DNA of 64,000 nucleotides from positions 186,001-250,000 of the forward strand of contig CDROCS010005070.1 in the NCBI GenBank assembly GCA_977020255.1, written 5' to 3'. This stretch comes from Obrimoposthia wandeli. Its lineage: Eukaryota. The position numbers and the translations under genes are program-made. Below the pieces are notes generated by a model. That model had not been told where the DNA came from and searched no databases. It saw only the letters and a list, made by a program, of their open reading frames with translations. Below are positions 13,517 to 28,439 of the stretch, piece after piece; positions within the stretch are counted from its first letter, which is position 1, and the number at the start of each line of letters is the position of its first letter.

Positions 13517-14170
13517 AAGATACACATCATCCTACTCATGTTTTTTATTATTTTTCTTAAAGTTTAGAACAAAATGTTGTTTACAAAAAATGTTACAACG
13601 GAATGTTTTTATCAAATATTTAACAAGAAAACAGTATTTAAAACAAAATGTTTACAACAACAACAAAAAATGTTGACAAAACATTTAATAACAAAAAGTA
13701 TTTAAAACAAAATGTTTACAACAAAAGATTTTACAAAACATTTTAAAATGAAAATTTTTACAAAACATTTTAAAATGTAAAGTTTTTACAAAAGATTTTA
13801 CAACAAAAGGTTTTTACAACAAAATGTTTACAATAAAAAGATTTTACAAAAGATACACCTCATCCTACTCATTTTTTTTAATATTTTTCTTAAAGTTTAG
13901 AATAAAATGTTGTTTACAAAAAATGTTACAACGGAATGTTTTTATCAAATATTTAACAAGAAAACAGTATTTAAAACAAAATGTTTACAACAACAACAAA
14001 AAATGTTGACAAAACATTTAATAACAAAAAGTATTTAAAACAAAATGTTTACAACAAAAGATTTTACAAAACATTTTAAAATGAAAAATTTTTACAAAAC
14101 ATTTTAAAATGAAAAGTTTTTACAAAAGATTTTACAACAAAATGTTTACAATAAAAAGATTTTACAAAAG
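13517..14170. repeat. ~333-bp tandem duplication of ACAAAA-rich low-complexity sequence
   Basis: AAGATACAC.TCATCCTACTCAT...ACAACGGAATG... starts at 13517 and again at 13850. Confidence 0.85.
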
Positions 14171-14414
14171 ATTAAGCAAAAAGATTTTACAATGAAAAGT
14201 TATTACAACAAAATATAGAACCAATTCTAAACAAAGGTTGTGGAAATTATATATCTTTGTGACAAAAATGGAATGGGTTAGAGTCACACAGTGGTTTCAC
14301 TTCATGATAAGGAATCAATAGATTGGAAATGAATAATTTTAAGTATACTAATGTAACCATATTTATTTACATCGTTCTCTTTGTATGTATTTTGTGTATC
14401 TATACATGTTGTTT

Positions 14415-14499
14415 ATTTATAATTTTATGTTGACGGTTTATTAAAATGGTAATATTATATATTTATAATTTTATGTTGACGGTTTATTAAAATGGTAAT
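14415..14499. repeat. Two 39-bp direct repeats (46-bp period)
   Basis: ATTTATAATTTTATGTTGACGGTTTATTAAAATGGTAAT at 14415 and 14461. Confidence 0.85.
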
Positions 14500-17180
14500 A
14501 ATATATATTTTTTATTTAGGGGTTTGGGATAAAATCACCCTATGTAGTCTCATAAAATATATAGCTTAACATGTTGAGAACCAGTGTTAATTCACAAACC
14601 AAGATATGTTTGTTTTCAGAAATAATATGATCTTTACTAAATATACATAATATGTGCAACTAACAGTTCGGATCACATCAAACCATATTAAAAAACGTAT
14701 TGATTTGTCTCGAATGAGTTGTATTTGTTGTCTTCCATTGTAGGGAATCTGACTTTTAAATCGAAATATGTTATTAAAGTTTCTGAATAGAGACTACAAA
14801 ATGTTATTATGATAATTAACTTCTGTTAGTTTTTTTGACATTCTACACAATTGATATCTTTATTATCTTTACACTACTTTCATCATCTGTTTTGTCACCT
14901 TCGATTTCAGCATGAAGTGGTTTGTTTTGCTAGTCTTTTTTATCACTGTTGCTTTTTTTAACTTTACTTAATTTGAACAGCTTTAAAGATTACACTGTTT
15001 TGATTTGTTTACAGTATTTGTTTAACCTATTTTCATTGTAGTTATTTATAAAAACTTTTATATTTTGGATATTTATATGCGATAAACCATATTTTAAATA
15101 TAAGTTATTTTTTAGAATGATTTATTACTCAATATTACTATGAGAATATGTACTCATTATCTCGAAATAAACAAATAATTATTATAATCCTCACATCCAA
15201 ATATCGGGTTTGAGTTCATCCACTATTCATGAGATTGATTCGCGCATCTCTATCACAACAACCTCTTAATCTAATTAGGCACAATTGCTCACAATCAGCC
15301 ACAACCAACATTCTGCAGCAGACCGCATAGCAGAAGCAGAAATTACGAGAAAAAACAGACCCCACTCCCTGACTGAACTACAGTGTGGTACCATCAGCAT
15401 CATAATCATCATAATCATCACCAACACCAGCATCAATACACTAAGAAGTTTCTCTCACATATAATAGAATTGCTAATCGAGAATATCCACAGCACAACAG
15501 GCTCAGTCCAGCAAGGAAAAAACAAGAAATTCCAAGATGTCCCTACCCAACATACACACAGAAACAGAAACAACAACACAGAAGCAGAAGCAACAACGAC
15601 AGAAAAAGGGGGTCCTCGATTAGTGCACGATTAGCAAGTTTACTTGCACTACTCTAATCGCTCCAGAGCTAATTACTCTAATGGTCTATGTGTAAAATAT
15701 TAATGAGGTCGGGAGAATGCTATCAAAAATCAACTGCGACTTGCCGCTAAGACATGTGTACACCGACTGGTCGGCCAACAGTGCCCAGTCTAGAGGGAAA
15801 TGTCACTAAAACCTCTGTCTTGATATTCTATTGAAAACACTGCTGTTTCTCCTCACTCTGGCTTATTTCCTATTCGTTTCTGGCTTTGCGATTGCGCGCG
15901 GCCTCAACAAGAAATATCGACAGTGTTTCTCCAGTTTTCGTCAGTTTCTTCTTCATCTTTCTCTTTCCCACTTCTTCTTCTTTTCTTCTTCTGCATCTTG
16001 TACCGGCCTCTTCTCCCTCTGTCCGGGAAAATTTTCTTCTTCGTTTTCTCCCTTGCCGTCTCTCACTTGTCTCAGCAGCAAACTTATTTATTTTTCATAT
16101 CCATTTGTATCAGTTTCTCCGATTAAATGTTTTTTTCTGCTTGAGACAGCCAGAATTATGTTGATTGAAACCCGGGATTAATTGCCGCTGGAATCGGTTG
16201 ACTGGTTATTAGCAGAGTGCTTCTATTTCACCTGTACCCCTGAAGTCCCAAAACAACAGCCGCTGGATCGCTAGTGATTTTCTGAATAATAAAATTTAGC
16301 TTCTTTTCCATTTATTATTAAAAACCTGAAATTTTATAGCAAAACTATGTCTGTTTTTATTCTTCAATTTATTGCCAACTAGATTCACATCTTAAATAAT
16401 CTAACAGAATTTCTAGTTAAATCAACAATTTTACATTTTAGATATATTTATTTTGTACGTGAATATCCAAAAATGTTTCGTTTACATTACTGAAACTAAT
16501 AACGCATGTGAACTATATATTAATGTTAAGATAATATCATACCTCTATACTAACTACAAGTTACCATAACATCCATCCCAATCAACTCTGAATTCAGATT
16601 CCCTCATTTTAGCCTATTGCAGTCATTATGCCTAAAACCATTGAATAATTTTAACTGATTTCCGAAATTAGTAAAACACTTTCCACGATTCATTTAATAA
16701 AATATCAATCAAATCTAGATGCAGTTAAACTATAAAAATTGTAACACAGAACACTCACTGAAAATCTAATAAGAATTCATTAAAATACTTTGACATACAA
16801 AGAAGCTACTTATCCAGTTAACCAAATCAAAGATGGTTGGCTTTCCAATAAAATCTTTCATCTTACCTTGTTTTTAATTGAAAGAAATATTCGTTTCAGC
16901 GTTCATCTATCGAAAACACTTGTTCAGCTTTTATTTTGCACGTTGTCTAGACAAATGAAGATTAAAACATACATTTTTCTCAATGTTAGAACTTTGACAT
17001 TATCGAAAATAGTAAATTATTTTTTTTAGTTAATTTTATTATGTTAAAAAATTTGAATTAAATTTAAAAAATATTGCCAAAATTTTAAATTATTTTATTG
17101 AAAATTCAATTCTAGATCTCGTTGAAGATCTCCCGAATTTTCCTTTGGCCTTTAATTATTATTATAACTATTGTAGGTTC

Positions 17181-17310
17181 AAGTTCTAGTGTATATAGAT
17201 AAGTATGTTTAACAAATAAAATCCTTATTAAATTAGCAAAAATATAAATTTTTGCTAATTTAATAAGGATTTCATTCGTTAAACATACTTATCTATATAC
17301 ACTAGAACTT
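17181..17310. repeat. Near-perfect palindrome: 63-bp arms, 4-nt loop, 2 mismatches
   Basis: 17181-17243 is the reverse complement of 17248-17310 apart from two A/G differences. Confidence 0.9.
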
Positions 17311-18353
17311 CGATTATCCAGATTCAAAAAATCTTAATATGAAAATTCTGTACTTCCTTATAAAGTAAAAATACAATGGAAATTTAAAACTAATTAAAAA
17401 AACTTTATCTGCTCTTTTGTTAAATAAATTTTGTTTAAAATTTATTATATTATTTAATTGTAGAATGTCTTTAAGTATTCAAAAGAACCAGAGAAAACGT
17501 AAGGATAAGCTAGAGATAATTAAAAAATCTGCTAAATCTGGAGCAGCAATGGTAATGGAATACGAAATTGGTATGTCTACAATTTCAAATATTAAGAAAA
17601 TTTCTGAGTTTATTCAGAAATTTAGCTACAAAATATTATTCGAGTGAAAAAAAGTTCTCTAGGGTCCTAAAAATTCATAAGTTGATGAAACATTCTATGT
17701 GGTTTATACAAATCTCTCTACTGTGCAGCCATCATCAGACCTTTATTTGTAAATAAAAAGTAAAAATATGTTTTAAATAAAAAAACCTATATAGAATTTG
17801 TTGAATATTATGGAATCATCAATGTTAATGAATACTTTCGATAAAATAATAAAAAAAAGTTGTGTAGTATCAAGTAGTGAATCAAATAGTACATTGACAG
17901 AAATTATTGAAATATTTTTATAATTTTCTATAAATTACGAATGCGACAAAGATGATATAATAATATGGTCAATTGCGAAATGTATGATATTGGATCTCAA
18001 ATTTTAAATAATAATGAAATAATCGATTCATTAAACTGTTCTGAAATAACAGAGGTTTCAGTCGCAATCGAAAATGAAAATATTAGTCCTAAACATTCAA
18101 GAGCTATTGAATGTTTAGATGTCGCTTTACAATGGTATGAATAACAACTCTGATGTAATGTTCAACAACGTTTATGCTTAAAAAATATCGGTAACTTGGT
18201 AGCAGAAAGTAAAATATAAAAATAAACAAGTTAAAACAATCTATTAATAAAAATTGATATAATTAATATGATTATTATTTGTGTGTAAATATTTGTTTTA
18301 ATTATTGATTATCTTGACATCTCCGTTTGATTGGGATAATGTAAGTTCTACTT
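17300..18353 (+). mobile_element. Internally deleted pogo/Tigger (CENP-B-like) DNA transposon
   Basis: TA+CACTAGAACTTCGATTATCC left TIR; GGATAATGTAAGTTCTACT right TIR; residual KDKLEIIKK..YEIGMSTISNIKK (HTH) and KHSRAIECLDVALQWYE..LCLKNI C-terminal motif. Confidence 0.7.
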
Positions 18354-21300
18354 TAAAATCAAATGCACCAAAAAATATTAACCTAATTACATGTAGATTT
18401 TGATTTAAATGTTCCTTCTGTTCTTTAATATTTATGAATAATTTGTTTACTTTTTTTCTTTTATTATCATTAAAAATCCTTATGACCGCAAAGTTAAGAA
18501 AAAGTGAAATTGAAGTTTTTATTTTATGATATTTAGAGTAATGAGATTCCTTTGTTTTAATGTTTAATTATAAAGCTCCGATGTTTCTACTAAAAATTAT
18601 ATATGATTTGCTACAAAATACAAACATTAAATTTTCAATCAATTTTTCCATGTGAATATTTTAAAAAATTAAATGGTATATTAATTTTAATATCTTTTTG
18701 AACATCTATTTTAGTTTATTAATTTTGTACAATTGAAATTCTAACATTTCTTTTTCATGGACATTTTTATCATTTTATTAAAATAAAAGCCTTCAAAATA
18801 AAATATGTTTTATGGATTTTCACTGTTAATTTGAATATTTTTTTTTCTGATGAAATTAGGAGAAATCTGTTTTACATTATTTTTCTCATATATTTATTTA
18901 TTAATTTTGTTTTTACAGAATAATGTTATTCAAATTCCTCCAACAGCATTAGGAAAGCAATGATAAATGTTATTATTAGAGAAATAACAATAGCATCAAG
19001 AACGATTTTCACAGATAGAAAATGGATGTGCTTTGAGCACAAACAGAAGCTGAAACTGAAGCAGAAATGCCTTAGCATGACTTCAAAAGACAGAAATTGT
19101 GAGTAAAAGGAGAAAAATTTCCGCCTCTCAGAAGAATCTATTCCTCAATATCCCTTCTTCTTACATGTCTATTTCCGTCGATTCACGATACATCTTTTGT
19201 GGGACTGATTGACGAACGACCGACTGGGATTGATTTTATGCGGCGACCAATATCTTGCTGTTCTATCAGCAGCAGCAGAAGTAGAATAAGCCTCTATGTT
19301 GATAACTTCAACCGAGATACAATTGAAGAAACGACTTACACCATCAAATATGTTTTCTCCCTCTCTTTCTTTACTACTATTTCTTTTCTGCACACATTTA
19401 TCCAGCTCTGTTTCGAAGCCCTAAATAGTTTTCCACAGCAGGAAAGTCTACACTTTTGATTTTTTTCCATTCTCTAGTTGCGACACAAAAGCGAAAAAGA
19501 AAATTCTTTCGAGAATCGAAGTGATTTCTTAAATACACGCTCACACAAGCTCTGCTCCAAGAACAAAGTACATTATTCTTTACCTTCTGTACTGCTGTTC
19601 AGGTGCGTTCTTTCCATTGCTTTCTAAAGTGTTTCTGCACAACTCGACAATATCCGAAACATAAAAATAATTTCATCGAGCATCTGTCATTTCCCCGCTT
19701 ACGGTGACCTTGTTGTCCCGGACAACAATTGCAGAAGCAGCAGTACTGTCCACTGTTAAGACTCAAACAAGCAAACCTCCCAATACGCACACATCTCATA
19801 TTCAGTTCTATTTTCCTTTCAAAACCCCTCCAGTGTTGGGTTTTCTGCTGATTGTTTTTCAGTTTTCAGTCAACAAAAACACAGAAGTTGACTTCAGAGA
19901 AAAGTTTAGTACAGAAATCACACTTTCCCTTGAAGCTGTTGTAGCTTCATTTGATGTGTCGCTAGATGCAATTAAGACATCCACACTCTCTCACACTCAC
20001 TATTTCCCCCTTGCGCGTGTGACTTATCAGCGTGCCTATATTAGCTACACAACTCGAGTTCGGCCCCATGAAATTGATGCTGCTTCTGTAGTTTCTTCTA
20101 CTTCTTGTGCTTCTTTTTCTTCTTCTTCTTCTACTTCTTCTTCTGTTGTTGTTGCTGTTTGTAGTTTCTGAAAGAGAGAGTGAGAGAGCTAATTGTTTCA
20201 GATTTGTCGAGGATGTGGTCAATCGTCTCGATTCATTATCTTTTCCTTTCTACTGCAGTAAATCTCCACTAACCACAAAGGTGCGATCTTTGCCCACATT
20301 TCCACATTCACAGAGCAGCATAATTAAAGTGCTGAAATTCATTGAATTGTTTCTTGATAAAATCTTGCCGAATAAGTCAATTACTTTCAGCTTTTAATTT
20401 CAGAAAATCTGAAATTTTTAATTTTGAAATAATAAATTTCTATAGAAGAATATAATTTACTTTAATGAATGTGTAAAGTTATAGGGAATACAAATCGTTT
20501 GGTTTTTCCTGAACATTTTGTCATTATTGTAATTAAGTTTTAAGTTTATATTTCGGAGGTTCGAAATTATCTTTTCAAAAAGTTCAACATACATTGTTGG
20601 AGATATGAGATTAAAAATTAAACTTTTACACAATTTGGTAAGTTTCTCCTTTTTTATTTTCGAGTTAATCATATTTTATTTAGAAAACAAACTGGAAGCG
20701 TAAAATTTTCGTAAATTTTCGCCTATTAAATACTGATTAATAACGAAAAAGTTATATGCAAAAAAAAATCAAAGCACATATTTGTTACAAATGGTTTTAA
20801 AATTCAACAAACTAACTTTAAATACCGAAAGTATTGATTAAAACTGACTAAAACTCGAAAATTTTCAAAATTATTAGATATTTATAAAGTATATTTTATT
20901 TACAAATATGCATTAAGAGTACATTAATATACATATGCGTAACAGTTTTATTTGCTTAATTGAAATATCCAGTCCGTATGGACACTTTCTTTCATTGAAG
21001 TCTAATTGTGTAACTAAATTGTAAAACGTCTTCTAATCTTGTGCAACTCGACAAAAAGCAAAACAATCAAAATTTTATCTAAATGACTTGGAATACAACC
21101 CACACAACCTACAAAAAATTAAAATCAAGTTGAAGGCAAATATCCATAAATAAAATAATCTGATAGTCATTTTGTGAATTTTAGCAATATCTTCATAAAG
21201 GTGGAAGAAGTAAATTTAAAAAATTCTGAATGATATATATATATTGAAAATAATGAGAAATATGGAATTTACACAAAATCGGATTCAAAAATACTTTTGT

Positions 21301-24300
21301 CTAAAGGCAGTCTTCGAGATAATTGTTAGATGATCTTGTTTGATATTTCCTTTTTTGGACTCAAATTTATCACAGGGAAATAATAGTAACTTTATTTAGA
21401 AAAGTTTAGAAAAATTAGAATAACAAGTTTTAGATATATTTAATTTAAGTAGGGGGTTTAATGGGTTAAGTTTATCTGTGTTTAAACTCATGTACTAATT
21501 AAGTTTTAGAGGAAATCGTTAAAGGTGTATTTTACAATTCATATAATTTGATTCAAGAGAAAAATAATGAATCACTAAAATAAGAACTCCCCAGATTTCA
21601 TAGACAACCTATCAATAGTCTGTATTCTCGTTGGTAAATATATGGTCTGTTAGTGGAATATCACGTGGCCCAAATTTGAAGGATACATGAGTGGAATACA
21701 GCCGGAATGTGAAAAAATGGACGACCTTCACCACAGACCTTCATGAGGAGATATTGTGAAGAAGTGTCAGCACAAGTGACTGTTCTGCCACCTATGTCCA
21801 CTGGATAGTAAGGTTATTTGAGTAACGACTTAGCTATCCAGGTTATCTAAAGAATATTTATTTCAAGTTAAATTTAAAATACAGCCGACAATATTTTAAA
21901 TTAAATTATATGTTATTATGTAATTATATACATTATTTAAGAAATCATTTCCAACACACAAAGTCTAAAATACCTTTTAAATTAAAAGTCTTACTGTAAG
22001 ACAAATAAAACTATCTAGCAGACACAAATTGTTTTTCAGAAATTGAATAAATTTCTGAATAGTTCCAACCTTTTCTTGCAGTGGGCTGTCTTTCAGACAT
22101 TTTGAAATTCAAAAGGGAGATTGTTATAAAGTTTTCACCTACATCTTCAAAAATTCCATTACTGTGATTGTTCTTGAGAAACAGTTTGGCCAATTTTAAG
22201 TTGTCATATTCGAAGATTCAAATAGTTTTTTCGTGTAATAGGTTTGAGCATATCATATAAATATCGTGATTTTCGAGGAAAAACGTTGAATATCTATTAT
22301 TTTTCATGTAATCTAAAATAACTTGAAGTCAACTTTTATGGTTTTCTACATGTATATGAATTGCTGGGATAAAGTTTGTGTGCATCATCAATAGCAAATT
22401 CAGCACACCTTGATTATGTACTATTTTGGAGCTTGTACTTCGGCATGTAAGTACAATGTTTAGGACCGAGTCAGTTAAAATATCCTATTTAATAATTGCT
22501 CATTTTTATTCAACTTAAAACTTAACTTAATTGGAATCGATCAAATTATAATTGATTATGATAATTGAAATATTTTGCAGATTTTTTTAACTTTAATTCA
22601 TAATCAAATAAATTAACAAAATTGGTATACGTATGAAATCATCATTAAGAGTTAATAATTCAAGTACTAGGCTTATTAAGTTTAATATCATTATCATCGT
22701 CATTCTTCTCAAATTTGACTTCTCTTCCCCAAAGAGCATGGATAGTTGGCTTGGAGAATAAAACAAAAGATGACATCTACTGTGACGGGCTCAACATTTC
22801 GGTAACTGTATCGATTTCGATGCCGAGAAAGTGACCTAATGACCCATCAAATATGGGAGGGGGGGCTGGCGTAGAATACAAAAAAAACTGCGCGCTGTTT
22901 CTCCAGGCCTTTGTAAGCCAAACATGTAACGAATTTCTATTCTCACCAGCAACAATAATAATAATACCGATATTAGAAACAATCAGCGACAGTACTGTTT
23001 TGTCTTTCCAGTTTTATCTATACCATTCTATATACTCTCCTATCAACACCGGCAGCAACAACAACATAAATACTGGTTGTAATAGTATTAGTAACAACAT
23101 TAGTAGTAGTAAAGGTAATGGTAATAGTAATAGTAGTACCAATAGAAAGGATAATGGGGCCGGTAGCACTTCGACACTAGCTGACGCCTCTACAGCAATC
23201 TACGCTAATTTCTCCATTGAAACAACGTCTAGCCACAAAGTAGTTCCATTTGCGGGAGAAGACATTTGGTTGACTGGCATTACTTATTCATTCTCCGATT
23301 CATAATAGGTTCCAACTCCCAGAAGACAGTGCACATCAGGGTTTTCTGGTGGCTTGTGTGTTGTCAGCTAAGTCAAGCTGATATCTGCCTTCAAACTTCG
23401 CTGGGTTTTGATGGATCTTGACTACTCAAATTTGATGCAATTTCTCCGCTAAACGCATTTGTAAAATGACGAAGCATACATTTTAGTTATTGGAATAGAA
23501 TGAACTAACAAAATACCAATTATAATTCAATTAACCCAGATCGAATAACGAATTCTATACAGGATCTGTGATTTACAGTATTTTTACTAGGCAAGAATTA
23601 TTTTAAAAACAAAACTTGTTTAAAAACCTCAAATTGTGCTTTATTCATCCGTGTGAATCAATCAAAATATTTGTCAAAAGTCGATCAATTTCGAGGACAA
23701 AATTGGATTTGTCAATACTCTAAAGAAAACCTATATGGTTTCCTAGCTTTTTTTAACAAACATGTTTTAATTCAAAGTGTTTTAACTCAAAGGTTGACCA
23801 AATTAATATACTTTTTAAAATATTCTAAAATTTGTTATTTGAATTAAGTTTAGCTTAATAAATCTTTACTCCAAAAAAACCCTTTGGTATATAAGATGTT
23901 TAATTAGTTATACAATAAAAATGTCTAAAAACAAAAAAAGTATATTATATTTTAATTTAATAATAAATTTTATATTAGAAAAAAATTGTTTCACTAATTT
24001 GAAATTCGGTAAAATGGTTATTTTATATAGTTTTATAATCTTAAGGGATGTTTTTGAAGTGATAAAAACTGTGATACATTTTCTTTCAAAACACTTTCCA
24101 TTTTTTTGTATAAAATAAATTCTTGTATAAATATATATTTTATGCTCAATATAAAAACAAAACATTATTTTATATTTTTGACAATTTTGAAAATGTTTGG
24201 TATTTAAAATTGAAAGATACTATTTATTTAAAAAAATTCAAATCAGATGGCTCGAAAATTCGTTTATGCCAGAAATCTTTTCCTTTTTTGTTAAAAATAT

Positions 24301-25422
24301 TCCAAAATATTTTACTCAATTTTTGGTCTTAGAGTTAATTCAAAAGTCTAACGACCCCATAGAGTTTACCATTTTAAATTTTAAATGCTTTATTGGATTA
24401 ACTTAAATTATGAGCTCCGTAGAAGAAAGGCTGCATTTATTGTTACAGCTGCTCGAATGCAGTAGCTAGAAATGGTATCAGATCAAATCTGTAAATTTCT
24501 GATTCATGTTGTGAGTCAGATTTCATTATTTTATGATATTGAGAACATGGAAAACGAAGAAGATTTTGAGCATCTTGATGTTCTAGCTAAGCGTGGTATA
24601 GTCTTAATGGGTATATAGTAACAATCCAGTAACAATATTGAACTTTTATTTTCAGGCTTCGTTTCTTTCATTCAAATCTCCGGGCATCAATAGAAGATTT
24701 GTATAAGGTCGTTTTTCTTAATAACAGATTCATTTTGATTCATGAAATTAAATGTCATTTTTATTGATCTTTTTTTATTTAAATTAATTGTTTTTATTTT
24801 TAACTACTATATCTTACAGTTTCAATTTTATAATATAAGTTAGCAAACGAGCTAATTTGGAACCAGAGCTAGTCCTAAACTAGCCCTAAAATCATTATAG
24901 GTTTGTTACACAACTATTAAATATATAGGAAAATAATAAAAAAACAAGAAATCTTATGATTTATTTAAACTGAAGATAATTAAAACTCATACACAGTTAC
25001 CAAATATACAGGAATTACAAAATTATAGATGAAAAATAGGAAAGAATTTCAATCAAAATAAATTAAACACTAAATATTTGTTATTTGTCGAAATCAATAC
25101 CAATTAACATCTAAACTTTAATTGAAATAAATTCTTATCATTCATTTCTTTCCTGTGAAACACAATCTCGTCAAGTAACTCATTAATGATTCGAGTTCGA
25201 ATTTAAGTGCATATAGTTGCAAATTAATAATTTATATGATTTATAGGTTAAATGTAGGTTAAACAAATGTAGTTATTTTTCATCAAAGTGAAATAAAAAT
25301 ATAGTATGAAACTGTTTTTCATTGGTATGGGGTACAAATAACATTTACATGAAATATATAATTAAATTTAAACTCACTCAAACATTGAGGAAGAGATAAA
25401 TCTTAAAATTCTAGAAATCTGA

Positions 25423-25636
25423 CCTAAATATTTTGTCCTTTTAACATACATGTAGTAATTTATTAATCTAAAATCTGTTATATCCTTCTTAAAAATAGTA
25501 GTCATATATTCATATAAAAGTATTATCTGAAATCTTCTCAATGATAATTTTACGGGGTCAATATGTATTCCTGTGGTCTTCTTTAATCACTTTTGAGATT
25601 GGCTGTAAAATTTCATTCCAAGTAACACATAAAATT
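25423..25636 (+). repeat. Dispersed repeat copy 1 (copy 2 at 37996-38223)
   Basis: Shared blocks ATTTTGTCCTT, TGTAGTAATTTATT, AAAATAGTAGTCATATATTCA, GTGGTCTTCTTTAAT.ACTTTTGAGAT, CCAAGTAACA. Confidence 0.75.
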
Positions 25637-28439
25637 TACTAGGGGGAAAATTTAAACTCACATTGAAGAAGCGTCAAATCTTAAAATTATTTAATGAAGA
25701 CGTATATAAAAAATCTGAAGAAGTTTGTTTGATAACACTTTAAAATACCAAGAGAATTTTGAAGCTACTTTGTAACAATAATAGACACCATTTACACCTT
25801 AAAACACAATGCAATTTTTATTTTGATCTAATTAATAAAACACCAATTCATGAGTGAACGATTTAATTAACACCATCATTCACACAATTGTATGAATAAT
25901 ATATTTAATATACTTTATGGTTTGATCTAATTTCATTTTTTAACAATTTGGAATGACATTAAAAACGGTATCTATTTTTAGACTATTTGAGAATGAACAA
26001 AAAATCGTTCTGTCATTAAGATACCTTACTGTAGCTTAATACCATTCAATTGTTTTGTATTTTTATAAAAATGAATTTTCATGTCAAAATTTAGATTTTA
26101 TTCTTCATTAGATTATATCATTTATTAAAGATAATTTTTAGATTCACCTGACATTTTATTTGTTAGGACTTTTAATTTAATTATTTGAACCAGATTTTTT
26201 CTGTGTTTTATAAGAATCTTATTTTTGTTTAATGGATATTTTTTGAATAGTACTTGTTGAAAGAATATGCTGAAGTTATAGCAAGAAAATTCTAAGACAA
26301 TAAACACATAAAAGAAGCTGAACTATGAGAATGCCTACTGCAAAACGTGTCTGGAGAGTTATAAAACTTCTAATAATCCCATGACATGCGATAACCTTGA
26401 GAAAGTCAATAAAGTTATGAGAAAGCTAATATCGTGTGCAAATTGAAACAAAGAAAACAATAAATTTTATCTTACTTTTCCACTTAAAACTAAAATGTCC
26501 ACTGAAGATAAATATAGTTTTCGTTAAGACCAAAGATTTTTCCAGTTGATAGTTATTTGTAGAGAAAAAACTGGTAAAAGAAACTGCAAATACCCAGCTA
26601 CACAGTGTTTCTGGACATGAATAAAAAACCCTTTGTGAACACGGCTTCCCGGGGGAATTTCTTCTCTTTTCCATTATATTGCTCCAGCTGGTACAATGAC
26701 TGTTGTGACTATAGAATAACTTGAAGAAACAGGCACTACTTATTGTTTCAACAGAATTTACTTACCCTAATTATTATTATAACTATTATTATTTATCGGT
26801 AACATTATCTTCTGTCCTGACCAGTCCAATTGAAACCTTCCACAAGCCACTGGATCTACTATAGCAAATTGTCCATGTACATATTCTACTGCAGGTTGTT
26901 TCTGTTTTCTTTAACAGATATCTTCCATTTGTGCAACAACACCGCTTTTCATTGTTCTATTAATTATACACGTTTTTTAATCTTTTTAAGAGCGGTGGGT
27001 TAACTTTGAAGATGAATGTATTACACATATAATCCTACTACTGTAATGACGTTTACTATTTCTTTACAGAAGCGGTTAACAAATTTCTGAAAGGAATTTC
27101 CTAGCGTAGTTTATATTTCAAATATACATTATGCAAATATGTCGTTTATTAATAATACATTGTAGAAAGACGGTTCCATTGTCTTCGTATTATTGGACAA
27201 TGACAATTTAATTTAATTAAAAACTAATTGTCCTGTAGACATATCAAATTATAATTAATGTATTTTAACAATGTATTCTATTAAGTAAATATATGGACAT
27301 TTTATTATAGTTTAAAATTTCCCATTTCATAGTTGAAACTTATTATACGATTTTATTTCTTTTTTAACAATTTTTTCAGGCTTCTTTATAAAATGTTAGT
27401 TAAAATTAATTCAAAATAAGTAGTTTATTTAAAAAAATTATCACAAACTTGTATTATTATTATATCAGTAACTTATTATGTCTGTTGCATAAATTTTTTA
27501 TTAAGTTTGGCTTCAAATATTAAAATATAATTTTGTATGAATAAATTACTTACTGAAATTAAAATAACATAAAAACTTTAACTAAAATAAAAACAAAAAT
27601 CAAACAGTCAACAATTTGGAGAGCTCATAGACATTTAAAATACTAAGAGATTAATACAAAAGTTTAACCACGATGATGATGATGTATGTGACTAAAATTA
27701 CCCATATCCTTTACCTGTTATCTTTTTCTCTTTGAGGGCCGGTTCAACTCAGAGTGAGAATTTTATCGAATCATATATCAAAATTTTGGTGATAAAATTT
27801 AGGGTTCCTATAGGATACCCGAGACTACATAACGGGACTTTGAAGAAAATTATGTTATCTAATATGCATTTAAGATTAATGGGCTACGAGGAAATAACTG
27901 TTAGATGTGCGTGCATGTTATTATTGTAAAGTTTTATGTACTTTTTATACGAAAAGACTTTTTGAACCAAAGCTTTTGACAAAATATTAAAAAAATATAT
28001 TTAAAATGGTGTTTGGTTTATTTATGTACTACTTATTATTGCATAGAGATTTATCTATAAAGTTAAATTAAATAACGTTTAATTAACAAAAATTATGTTT
28101 TTTTCAATTCTTTCTAATGCAGAATTTGAAGAACTTTCAATCAAAGATTATATAAAAAAGTATTTTATTTTGTAACTTGTTATAGTTTAGATTCTCAATA
28201 ATATCATTGTACAAAGTGCTATTCACAAAATAACGAATTGTACACTAAATACATTAATTCATTTACTGTCGGCTATTTTTGTAGATCAATCGATACAGTA
28301 TTTTATTATTTTTGTAAGGAATTGATTGTTAGTTTTTGCTTCGATTTTAGTTTTCTAGCTAATTTTTGTTTTGTTAAATATTTCATTTTTCTGTATTTTC
28401 TGTATTCTTATATATTGCTTACATGATTCTGTATGTCAG

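Noticed and set aside
15383-23305. ORFs 15383-15634, 15831-16181, 19704-20397, 22853-23305
   Set aside because: Built from microsatellite/low-complexity sequence (CAT, TCT, AGT, CAA); no domains or convincing exon chain.
24470-24712. Two exon-like plus-strand segments (..ENMENEEDFEHLDVLAKR; LRFFHSNLRASIEDLYK)
   Set aside because: Available GT/AG sites do not join them in frame and no family was recognised.
26330-26960. Minus-strand coding-like remnant (..AVEYVHGQFAIVDP..EIPPGSRV..)
   Set aside because: Too decayed to assign; the IPPGS match to pPolB is short and unsupported by flanking motifs.
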